64,000 nt of DNA from Amoebophrya sp. A120 (taxonomy: Eukaryota; Protista; Dinoflagellata). Both the position numbers and the translations under genes were made by a program. Shown piece by piece: positions 49,701 to 61,100 of this stretch. Below the pieces are notes generated by a model. It worked only from the letters and a program-made list of their open reading frames with translations, was not told where the DNA came from and ran no database searches. The stretch is from contig CAJINV010000008.1 in the NCBI GenBank assembly GCA_905178155.1, positions 62,001 to 126,000 on the forward strand, in the 5' to 3' direction. Positions within the stretch are counted from its first letter, which is position 1, and each line of letters begins with the position of its first letter.

Positions 49701-52700
49701 CATCCGTCCCCTTAATGCTAATGTCGATTGCGCAGGCGCCTTCGTGCTTCACGTACGGGAAGGTGCGGGGAGCACAGATATCCTGCGTAAAAACGTCTCC
49801 GCAACCGCACTACATCTCGACGTAAGTAGTTGCTGATCCGATGCAAATCACTCATGATCTGCCCTCCGAAATATGTTTGTTAGGCTTGCGCATGCGCATG
49901 GGATATGGAAATGCAAATGGATTCATAGCTGGCAGCACACCACAAAGCGCAACTACACTGATGGGATCCGATTCTTTGATACTGATAGGAAGCCCAATAC
50001 TGTTCATAACCAAGAAGGAGCGCAAGCAAGTGCAACGAGGACACAGAGACGATATTTCCTCTATCCTGACTGGCAAGCGAGGTGGCGTTGTTTTTACACA
50101 GCGGGATAGCAGAAGACGGTGCCCCACTCCCCAATCTGAAGCACGTGTGTGACCTTATGCAGTGAAAATATTGCAAGTTGAGAGTCAAAGGAAACAAAGT
50201 TTTAGGTATTTCATGCTACGTCTACGTGTTATTGTTTTGCCTTGCGGACAGTGTCAACGACAGCGATTTTAGAAAGCTCATGATGAACAGGCACTGTAGC
50301 TGTCAGCTTCCACAGAGAGCACTGTTACTGTCAGCTTGTAGTTCTGAAGCCGTGTTGATGCAAGGAATCGGATCACGTTCACGCAGCACGCCAAAATGTA
50401 CAATGCCGCAAGTGTAGTTACGTTTTCCCTGATCTCCCTGTTAGCATCATTATTTGCACACGATAAATCCGTGTCGTGTGCAATTCGCATTCCGACCGCG
50501 GCTGCGACCACTCGTATGCCTGGCAGCCCTTGATGGGGTCCTTCTCGTAGCTTTCGTCGCACAACTCGGCGCATTTGTCTTCCGCAGTGATGTCTTTGAC
50601 AAGCTCGAATTCGCCCTTGTCTCCGTCGGGACTGCCATCCGCCCGGCACACACCCTCGGTTCTGAAATACGGACTGCTTTCTTCTTCTTCTTCAGTCTCC
50701 CCCTCATCTGCTGGTGCAGGTTCCCCTTCCTCGTCTGGCTCCGTTCCTTCCTCCTCCTCCTCCTCGGACGTCTCGGCTTCCTCCTCGGCGCCCTCCTCCT
50801 CTTCTGCTGGGGGTTTGGGCGGTTCCACGGCGGGCTGCTCCGGTTCCTCTCCCCCCGTCTTCGGCGGAGTGGCTCCGGACACCGGTTCACAGGTTTGTGG
50901 CTGCGTACTGGGGTCGGTGAGTTCTGCCGTGGAGGGGCAGAGCTCGAATCCAGGCTCCACACAAGCCACGCACTGCTCGGACCCGTGCTCAATGCAGTCA
51001 TACCCTTTGGCGGCCTCGCCGTGTTTGCAAGTGCAGATTTTTTGTTTGCACGTGAAGTCGGTTTTGTCCAGGTAGAACCCCGGGTCCGTGCAGTACAGGC
51101 AAGATTCCGCGCCGTGCCGGGGACAGTACCACCGGTTCGCCGCCACCCCGTGCTCGCAGGTGCACGCGTTCTCCTGGCACGTGTTGCCATCCAGGTGAAA
51201 CCCCGTCCAACAGGATGCGCACACCTCGTCCTTGTCCTTCGGGCAGGAGGCGCCCACCGCACCGTTGCCGTACTGGCAGTAGCACTCGTTTTGTTCACAG
51301 GTGGGGGGAATGCCGTAGAAGTAGTACATGTAGTAGTTGGCGTTCTTTAAGTGGTACCCTGGCTGGCAGTCGCTGCAGTAGGTTGCTGCGTGCGCCGGGC
51401 ACTCGTAGTGGGTTGCGGCCCGCCCGTTTTCGCAGACGCAGGCATTGGGTTTGCACTGGGCAGAGCCATCCAGGTAGAACCCGTAAGTGCAGCTCTCACA
51501 TCGCTCGTCACCGTCTAGTAGACAAGGGGACATAGGTGTGCCGTTGTCGCACACACACGTGTTCGGTTCGCAGGTGTGGTAGTCGATCGCGTGTCCGGTG
51601 CCCTGGGCGAGCCGCTTCTTGCTTTTGGTGGTCCGCTGGCTTTGCAGCAGAAGCTTGGCGGTTAGCGAAGGCGATAGGGGGCTTTGATGTTGCCCGATCT
51701 TGCTCATCCTTGGAGAAAGAGGTCCAAAAAACAGCTTCTGGAAGAACAGCGGTAATTTCTTCACGTAGCTCGCGGACGGTTTGTGCTGCTGAAAGAACGC
51801 TGACATTTGCTGCGGCGGTTTAGTGCCTTGGCCTTGCTTTGACGGGACGAGGTGCCGTGTTATGGGAGGATGCTTGCTGTCGACGTGCTTCGTGCTTGCT
51901 GCAATCGTGGGGTGGTTGGCGGCCGCCTTCTTCATGGTGCGCGCGAGAGTGGCTTTTCGCTTTCGCGCCATCGCTTTTTGCATTGCGCTTCTCTTCTTCT
52001 GCATCTGTTTTTTCAATGCTTTCATCTTACTCGCGGCGCGCGCTCGCTCACGCAGCTTCTGCTTTTGCAGAGCCTTGGCGGCACCAGCGAGTCGGCCGGC
52101 GTGCTGACCTCCGGAGTGAAGACTCCCTCGCTTGAGCTGCTTGCGCCCCCCGGCCACTAAAATTTCCTCCGCCTCTTGTTTGGATCCTGGCGGGGGAGCA
52201 GGCATACGAGCTGGCACCTCCGTATCCTGTGCCTTCGCACCAGGAGGTGTAGCAGCTGCATGCGGGTCCTCGTGTTGCGCTGCTGGTTCGGGCATGGACT
52301 CGCTTTCGGAAGGCTCTCCCATCTGCATCTCGTCTTCGGCACCCTGCGCCATCGGATCATCCTCTGCCATCGGATCATCTTCTGCCATCGGATCTCCCTC
52401 CGCCATCGGATCTTCGCCCTCTGCCATGGGATCTCCTCCCTCTGCCATTGGATCTCCGCCCTCTGCCATCGGATCTCCGCCCTCTGCCATGGGATCTCCT
52501 CCCTCTGCCATTGGATCTCCGCCTTCTGCCATCGGATCTCCGCCTTCTGCCATTGGATCTCCGCCCTCTGCCATCGGATCCATACTCGGATCTCCCCCGC
52601 CCATCATGCCAGCCGCAACCGGATCTTCGCGAAAATAGTCTGTGCGGAGATGGTTAAGGTGAAACCCTGTATCGCAGCTTTGGCAGTTGTCCTCGCTTTC

Positions 52701-53021
52701 CGTAGCTTCAACCGCCGCGCTGCCAAACAGTTGCTTCAACATGTCACTTTGCGCGGCCGACGTTGACGACACTTTACCCGGATATTCATCACAGAACGCT
52801 GAGGGCTCGCCATTTTTGCAGGTGCAATCCTTTTTGCCACCTTGTCCCGTCGCTTTTTCCGTGACTGCTTTTCTTGCGATTCTCTTTCTGCTGTTGACCC
52901 GACTTCGTGCTTTAAGAGCTTCGATTTTGCTCAGCGCCGCACCATTTACCACGGGAAGAAACTGCACAGAACTAGGACACAGGTGTGCCAATCCAATCGC
53001 ACCTAGCAAACCCACCCGCAT
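46758..53021 (-). CDS. Secreted/surface Cys-rich protein with CxCxxG repeats, three PAN/apple-like domains and acidic/basic low-complexity tracts
   Basis: Hydrophobic N-terminus after ATG 53021. Repeated C.C..G....C.......C..C..G(F/Y).L units. PAN-like CAELCD...CQAYEW...C, CMTACD...CFGYEY...C and CRDQC...CAGYEY...CKLF. Five exons are joined only by removing four introners. Confidence 0.82.
48523..48865. mobile_element. TAT...ATA introner (343 bp), diverged TSD
   Basis: Ends TATGAAGCAAAACAAATTAATCACC and revcomp TATCCCGTTGAAACAATAACTCGGATCACC. Removal plus 5 nt joins TAAPV to SDPVGVPP in frame. Confidence 0.68.
49330..49571. mobile_element. TAT...ATA introner (242 bp) with internal 30-bp perfect hairpin
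   Basis: Ends TATGGCCCGAAAAAGGAATGCTTCAC and revcomp TATCCCGCAAAAAACGAAAAAAGAACTGCTTCAC. Removal plus 5 nt gives CFGYEYD-KEDKQCAL, completing a PAN domain. Confidence 0.78.
49779..50108. mobile_element. TAT...ATA introner (330 bp), TSD ACAGA/GCAGA
   Basis: Ends TATCCTGCGTAAAAACG and revcomp TATCCCGCTGTGTAAAAACAACG. Removal gives GEWGTVFC-APRTFPYVKHEGAC. Confidence 0.85.
50156..50465. mobile_element. TAT...ATA introner (310 bp), diverged TSD
   Basis: Ends TATGCAGTGAAAATATTG and revcomp TATCGTGTGCAAATAATG. Removal plus 5 nt gives CELHTTRI-THVLQIGEW. Confidence 0.75.
52345..52580 (-). repeat. Coding minisatellite, 18-21 bp units encoding (GG)DPMAE about 12 times
   Basis: CTCTGCCATYGGATCTCCGCC-type units; the translation is visible in ORF 50418..53048. 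Confidence 0.95.
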
Positions 53022-53653
53022 CTTGCCGTACGTGCTAACACGTGTCAAATTGATACACTGTACTCCTGTCGCTTTTTATTGTGCTGCACTACACCAAGAA
53101 CTAGCTACTTCTGTGTGACTGTGAGTGTTGTGCAGGTCGTGTCGTTGTTTTTCATTTTCACCGACTACAGTTGTATATGATCAACGACGGCAACTACGGC
53201 ATGATCGTCATCGAGCGCCAAGTTGATGATCATGATCGTGTAGTATCATGGAGACAAAAATATTACTATTAGGTCTGTCGACAAACTTCGTCTGCAACTC
53301 GCTCTCACACTTAACACAGGGAATACAGAGGAGCCAAAGGGAAACAACTTCATCTTTATGTTCTCATTCTTTCTCTATCTCTTTCAGAAAGTCTGTCGCT
53401 CTCTTGTCCTTCATAGTACAAAAAATTCATCCATGTCCTCCATCGCAACAATAATGTGAGCGCAAGACGCTGTTGTTCACACTGCAATGCACACACACGA
53501 CACAGATCGAGAACATTCAACTCACAGATTTCAAACGGGTATATTTAGCGTACTTCGGAGTAAGTACGAGCGAATCTTTTGTCGTTTATTTTTCGTGTAC
53601 ATTTTGAAGCCAGGCCACCAGTCGGTTCGTTCCGAGTACAACATATTTCGGAT

Positions 53654-56600
53654 TTACGGAACTTTGCCTTCTGCAAGTCTTCGACGCTTGTTGATGTTGG
53701 TTCTTGCTCGCTGGTATGCGTCATGCTCAACGATGAGGAACGGATGATTCTGTTGCAACCCAGTCGCAGAGTTTTGGTTGTACCGCTCCCACTGACCGAC
53801 CGCCTTCAGTTCGTCGGGCGTGACCTGCATTTTGAGGTCCTCGTAGATCTCTTTGCTCCTGCGGTTGCGGCAGCCCTCGGAAGTCCAACGGACTAGCGTC
53901 ACGTTCGTCAGCTGCAAACGCTGGCGATCCTTCTCCCACAGCTCTAGCTGTGTCCGCACGTTGTCCGGAACAACCTGTGGATTGACCGCAGCAGCAGAGC
54001 CGGCCCCCCTATTCGCGAAGGCTGCGACCCTCTGAATGCGCGACTCGTGAGCGGAACACGTGAGAAAATGTAGGATCTGCCGAGCGGTCAGCTGTTGGTT
54101 CGCAAAGGCGGACAAGATACTATCTTGTGTCAGCTCCCCGGTCACCCAGAACCCGCTCTGCCGCTGGATCTGGCAAAAGGTCTTCAACAACTCAATCTGC
54201 GTTTGGTCGTTGGTGCAGGCGCGCACTTTGAAGTTGGACTCAACAATAATGCCCCGAAAGTGTACGGCCATGGACAGTCTCTCCACCGCCGCGTCGTGCT
54301 GCGCGCGATCCTTCTCGGAGCTGTATCCTGAGTAAAAACGTACCCACACCAGAGTTGCAATGCAGATTTGCAAAGACAGGAAGACTTGTAATGCGCATCC
54401 CCATGAGAGCCATTTCCAATCGTGTTTTGGAATTTGTGATGCTGTGAACAGGATGAGCAGATGAATCTGTGATGCGGCTGCACTTGCTAACCTGCACTAC
54501 ACTGCATAGCGCAACTTGTCATGCGTGACTCACAAAACTCCTAGGTTTGTGTTGCAAAATCCTCATCCTGACTCTGGTGTGGGTACGTTTTTACTCAGGA
54601 TAAGCTGGTACTGGTTATCATCTTCAGCTGCGATGAGGAGCGCGCAATAATTCGTTCCTGGTGGAACTCGCCGTGGGTGACCGAAAGCCCGATATCCTCG
54701 TGGAATAGTGCAGCGCAAAAGGCGGTGGGGTAAAAATACACGCACCGCCACGGTGTCGTGCACAGCTGTTGCGTGGTCAGTCTCTTCTTGATATTACTGC
54801 TCCCAGCCTCATCTACCCGATCGGGTTGCAGCTGGTGACCCCGAAGAAATCCCCGCGGCCCGCCCGGATGCTGAAGGCCGTTGCGTGAATACAGCTGCGA
54901 GTGCATCGAATGTGCTGACTGCGCCATAGCCTCCGTGGCTTGCCAAACTTCTTCGAGCGAGTAGGTGTCGTCTGGACAGCGGTCTGTCTCGGTGCCCCCT
55001 CTGCCACTCCCCGCAAACTTGGAAACATCGTAGACGGCTTTTCCGAACAGGACTCCTATTTCCTCGAGGCGATAGAGAAATTCGGTCTGTGCCCCTGTTA
55101 AACCCGCGAGCACAGCCGCTCGCTTGTGAGGCTGCGGCTGCGCCGCTCCATGTGCACCTGCCGTTGAGGATATGGCTTTCTCGCGCGGCTCGACCGAGTG
55201 TGTCCAAAGTATTGCGGTTTCAGTGGCTTTTTGTTCCGTTTCCGCAGCCGCCGGAGGCTGGAACATCCAGGACCCTTTTACTTCGGCGCTGTCGACCACC
55301 TCGTCCGGCACGGGCCCGTCCAGGTCTACAATTTGCCTGTTGCGCTCCGGGATCATCAACAATGGCTGGCCGATGCATGCTTGCGCGAGCTGCAGGAGTA
55401 GGGAGTACATACTGGCTTTCCGCTTCATGTCGGCTTCAGCCCCTGCGGGATTGTCAATTAGGTCGCCGTGGTGCCCCTGTTGCCCTCCTGTTGCCATCAT
55501 ACGTGAAGCGTAGAGTTCGCAAACGCCGTCTACGATGGAATGGATTAGCGTCCACAGCTGTCGATGTCGGGCGGAAAAGACAAACTCAAAGCCTTTCGAA
55601 GTGAGATTGAAGAAGCCCTTCGCACCGGTTGGTCGAGCGCGATTTACAAGGCCAAGCTGGTCCCGCGCGCGAAGCGATTCTCGCATCCAGGGAGGCACAC
55701 GAGCCGTGCGCCCCTCGCGGTCCGCGCGCGCACCGGCGGCTGTGAGCGACGAGGGGGCTCCTCGCGCCAGGTACTCAAGCAGCGAATCGTAGGCGGTGGC
55801 AGCGTGCGAATGCAACTCGGCCGCAAAAACGCTATCGCTGGGTCGTACGCGGTGGTTTCTTCGCTGCAGAGCGGAGCGCTGGAAGTAGCAGTCCTTCTCT
55901 GGCGGCACGAGACTGCGCTTTGTCACTTCGAGCATTGCTCTTGACACGTGCGCGGGTACTTCAAATTTCCCGAACACGCGTAGATCGTAACACCTGGACG
56001 TCGACGCCGTAGCGTTCCTCATGTTTGCTCGATAGCTGCCGCTACTGGAAGACGTCCCATTGAATGTCCCGCCAATCGTTTGTGGTGTGCCCAAGCGGTA
56101 AATGGGCTTCACGAATCTGCTCGTTCCTCCAGCTCCTACAGACGCAAGACTAGCAGCACTGCGCGACTTTCCGGCTGACATCGTACTTGGCTCCATACCT
56201 TCTTCAGAGGACGACATGCTGTTTGGCAAGAACAAATCGGAACGCGGGTCCTGGGCCTGCCACACCACTGCCGCGCATTCAGTGTGCGGGTCGATAGCCA
56301 CAATTTTTCCAGGAAGACCGCGCCGTCCGTCGAGGTCGCCGAACTCCCAATCCTGATCGTTCCGCACGACCGCCAGACCTACGCGAGCTTCTGCAAGGTC
56401 GGCACTTCTCTGGAGGGAGACCTTCTGCCCGCAGGGCTGAATGAGCCCCGCATCTAGCAGCTCCAGGTAAACCTTGTGCCAGTGGTCTGGATTCTTCAAC
56501 CACGCGCGGATAGTGACATTCACTGAAAAAACGACGGCTTTGTTTTCGAGCCGTTCATGGCGATGTTGATGGTTTTTTTGGTGTTCTTGCGCTGCCTCTT

Positions 56601-56817
56601 GTCGGTTTACGTCGACGACTTCTTGTCCACCCGCCAGCAGAAGCAGTCTCGAAAAGATGCACCTCGTGACTTCGGAAAGCCGCTCGACGATAGTTTCGAC
56701 AGCGAGTTGCGAGTCATGCTGAACTAGGCGCAGTTCGTCTGGGGACAGATGATTCTTCAACTCGTACAGAACCCGGTCTCGGGAGCCGCCCCCACTGCTG
56801 CTGGAAAAGTTCGACAT
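53654..56817 (-). CDS. GTF2H4: TFIIH subunit p52 (Tfb2/GTF2H4), divergent, two exons
   Basis: LTSKGFEFVFSARHRQLW, GIIVESNFKV, GELTQDSILSAF...TARQILHFL, VPDNVRTQLELWEKDRQRL. Exons joined by removing introner 54324-54602. Confidence 0.82.
54324..54602. mobile_element. TAT...ATA introner (279 bp), perfect 32-bp TIR, TSD AGCTG; youngest-looking copy
   Basis: TATCCTGAGTAAAAACGTACCCACACCAGAGT at 54324-54355 and its exact reverse complement at 54571-54602. AGCTG at 54319-54323 and 54603-54607. Removal gives ITSTS-SEKDRAQH. Confidence 0.96.
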
Positions 56818-58152
56818 CACACCCCACCCCACGTGAATATCTACTACAGGAGCCACACTATTTCAACTTCTTTCGATGGCAGCGAATTCCAACTCATGGC
56901 TTCAAATGCTACAAAGACAACATCCATATTTTTAAGACCGCTCCTTCTGCATCGGCACTTTCTCTTTCAGGGCTACGTGAAAAGAGTATAAGAATTAATC
57001 GCGGTACTAAAGAATCGTTTGAATGAATTTCCGATACTAGTCGGGGGCGGCATCAACATCGCTGTATTGTTTTTATTTGTGTTGTGCATTGGTCTTTGTC
57101 AAAAAGAAAAAGCAAACGAAGAAATCGCGGATCCTCGAGGTTAAAATCTCCACTTCTTTCCAGTAAAAAATATATATTGAATATAGCCAAATGATCTAAA
57201 AACTGTGGATGTTCAACGGATCATCTTCGCGGTGAAAGCTTTAGATGTAGTGCACCACCATCACGCCTTTCCTGAGAAGTTTTTCCATGATTCAGATTCT
57301 GTTGTGTTCGATGAAAAACGAAAACCGAATAAGTTGGTCCTTGAATTGCCATTTTCAACATTGCGTCGCCTCTTTTTTTCTTAAGCGCGAGCGGCTTGTT
57401 GGCGCAGAAGTATGAAAAGCATGTTCTAATATCAGCACCTTGACCTTAGCCTACTCGACAAAACGGGCAGTCTGAGTGTCTTCCATTTTGATTTTGCGCT
57501 GCTCTTGTTCCTGCGTGTAGTTGTCCGCAGGACGAAATGGGGCTGGAAGCAAGCTGACTGCAGACGAGATTTGCTTCTCATCTCTCTACCTCGCAATACA
57601 ATTGGGAACATTTTCAGTGGTTTCTGTTCTTCTTGACATGGAAACAAACCTAAAAGCACATGGTGAAAACTACTCTTGCAGAAGCACATGTAAAAGTGAC
57701 TCTATGTTTGTACTCGGCTTCTTATTAGATTTACAAACGTCAATTATACAGTTACATTTGATCATCTATCTACGTGTATAGAAAATCCGTGCGAAAGCTT
57801 GCAACTCGTAACAGAGAGCGAGATCTCGACTTGCGTTAAATGTCCACATCTACTGGCACTAATTCTCAAATTCTCCTGTACGAGGAAGCTGGTTCTGAAA
57901 CAAGTAAATAAAAAAAGCGGGCGTGGGCGAAAAACTGAGCGACCTGTCAGTTTGTGCTTCGGCACCGCGGTGCAGCAATCGATTTATAATTGCGACCTGC
58001 TTGAAGTGTACTTAAGTGATAAAATTATATGATTGTAAGAGAGCTTCGAGGACGTCGTGACGAGACTGCCCTTTATTTATTCAGCATCGTTAAATTGAAA
58101 ATGTCTCGAAGGTTAGGTTGAGGTAATGAATTGGTAATAGTCACATTGTCAC

Positions 58153-61100
58153 CTACTTGCTCGTCAAAGCACGACAGCCCGCCCAGTCCTTAGGCGGTTT
58201 GAAGTCGTGCTGTTCCATGTAGTTGAGCAGCGTGACGCTGGGCATGTCTGTTAGGAGGCGGGCTCGCTTTGCACCGGCGTCTCGCGTAATCAACATCGTC
58301 TTCGTTAATTTCAGCATTTCCCGGCACACCACCCATTCCCCAGCAATGTAGTTGCGAAATGCCATGTGGAACCGCTGGAAGAATTCTCGCGAGTAGGCTT
58401 CGCGCATGCAGAATAGGGTCAAAAAAAACTAGTGTTAGTCGCTGTTGGATTGAGTTTGACGATTTCAGTTTCTTCTTAATGCATTCACTACGAAAAATTC
58501 GAAGCCGATCTTTTCGTTCGAGTGTATGGAAGCAAAAAAAAGTAAAGGGACACGATTGCTAATGCTATCGTCCTGCGTAAATGCACCAGGGCTTGGGCTT
58601 ACTAACTTAAGCACGTTCGATCCAACAGCAAACAGACACGAGTACAATTTTGTTCCGTAGCGGAACAATTTCGGGGTCTTCGAGCAGTTCACGGTGAGGT
58701 TCGTAGTCGTCAGCCCACTTTCGGTGTTTTTTCAGTTCGCGAATTTGCCGGACTTCGTACTTTCTTCGCACCGTGAACGCACGGTGGTCAATCTGCTGCA
58801 TCAAGTCCTGAACGTGCAGGACGCCCGCCGTGAAGTCGCAAGTGTAGAGCCCTACGGGCTTTTTGCTTCCCTTCACAAACACTCGGTCTATCTGGCGGCA
58901 TGCGTCACGGAGCCCCGGACTAGCTTGGTCGAGGAGAAAGTGAGACATCTGGTGAGTTATTTGAAAGTAGATACAACAGTTTCTTATGCATTTATTGGCG
59001 TACTAGAGTCACAGTCTTGAGTAAAGAGTACTTTCTTCTGATGTTAATGTTATTTATATTTTCTATGATCACCAGAATTTTTTTCATTTCGATAGAGGAA
59101 GAGGAGCACAATGATACACAAAAGCGGGCACACGAGAAAAATAGTTACACTTAGCGCAGTACCAGCAGATGCACTCCAAACTGCGCACAAGCCGCTTCCA
59201 AGCGACTGGCCATATTGACGTTTGGCGATAAATAGGATGCGTCGATTTTGAATTCGCTCCCAATCGCGCCTTCGATAGCATATCCCAGGTGCAAGCCGAA
59301 ACCCATTTGCACACGGTAATCTGTATCCTAGGTAAAAGCGCACCTATCCCATGATAATTACAATTAGCTGCAGGTTTTCTATAGGATTATGCGGATTTTG
59401 TTATGCCTGGAGAACATGTTCAACTTTATCGCCGCGGTGCCTGCTTTTGGTGTTGGCTCATCCTCTTCACGTCATGTACTTACTCAAGAATGGCCAGTGA
59501 GTCGAATTACGATTACTTATTTCTATTTGTTACGGTACAGTTCTTGAATTTGTACCACTATCATGCCAAGCTGCGCTGTTGCGGCATTACAATCTTTTCG
59601 TGTGCTTCGGTGCATGTCCGTGTGCGCTTTTTCCTAGGATAGTCTGGGTAGCGGGCCAAGAAGCCAGGATGTGACCGGTACTCCGACAGAATGGCGGACT
59701 TATTGATGGCGGAAATAGTGAAACAAAACGCCACCACGCTCATGTCGCACATGCGCATGCGACGCATCCTGTGCTCGCGCGTGATAAATTCGTTGTCCTC
59801 CAATTCGCCGCTGACGTCCTTCGGCACCGTCGCTGTTGGAGAAAGATCATTATCATTTTCTATTTTCTTCCTCGTGCTCCTCTAAGAGTTGAAGTTTGAG
59901 CAATAGCATCGTCTTTTGAAGACACGACAGCAACAAGTCGAATTCTTGCCTCGCCCCTTCTTATGCAAGAAACAGAAGAGATGAAAGCATCGCCCACTCA
60001 TCAAGGCGTATATAATAAAGAGGTACCGATTTTCCAAACGAGCAGGAAGGCGTCGCCGATGTTTTTGTTTGCGTTGCCACCGAACATGTCTACCAGAGAG
60101 TGAACGATCTCTGCCACTTGGTTAACGTAGATCATGATCCGGTCCTGCAAAATTTCCGTGGCGTCGGAAAAGTGGTAGATGTTGCAGAAGCCGAAAATGG
60201 CTTCGATCTTCACACCGGGAACCATGGCGTTCACGCCGGAAGCGTCCCCGGACAGGTTCTGTCCTATGATTTCGGCCCCGGCGACGCCGAACCCGACGGC
60301 GAGAAGGCCCCCGAGCTTGATCAGCGTCGACTCCAGAATCACAGTCTCCATGGGCTCCTGCACCCGCCGGGTCGAGGTTTTGTTCGCGCCTCCGCGGTTT
60401 CTGCCGCTGCCGCACCGGGACGCCAGCCAGCCAAGTGACCCGCGCACCACTCGCCGAGCGTTCTCCAGCAGTGTTGCATTTCGCCAGTTCCAATCGGAAT
60501 GAATTTCGTCCATTTCCTGCTCCCGTTTCAGCTCGATCTGCTGTTTACGGAACTCCTCGTCCCCCAGACGCATGGCGACCAAGGGGTTATCGCGGATGCG
60601 GTGCATCTTGGCGATCATGCGCTCGATGGGCTCCAGCACCAGCTCCTTCGCGTCCTTGTTGAAGAAGGTGGCCGTCAGTCCGAGGACGATGCACACAAAG
60701 ATCGTCTGCATCATGCTCATCACAGACTCGAAGTAGACCAGTCGCCGCAGGTCGTAGTAGGCGAGCAAGCTGTCGGTGTTTACCATGTTCGTCTGCGGGT
60801 GCACCCCTGGGGTTCGATTTCTTGAGAACGTCGATCATGATGTTCTTGCACAGAAACAAGTTGTGATGCAAACACTAATTCATTCATTCATTCTTTCATG
60901 TGTATCCGGGGTTATTCAGTCGTTGTCTTCTTCGTCAACTTCTTTCTCGGATGTACATACAAGTGCTATTTTTCCTAAGTAAGCTGTCGCGCGTGCGCAC
61001 CGACCTCAGCGCGCGGCCCATGTTCCATCACTGTCTTTCTGGAACCACTGACCACATACGCGCACTTCCTCTCTGCCTGCAAGTGCAAACACTAATTCTA

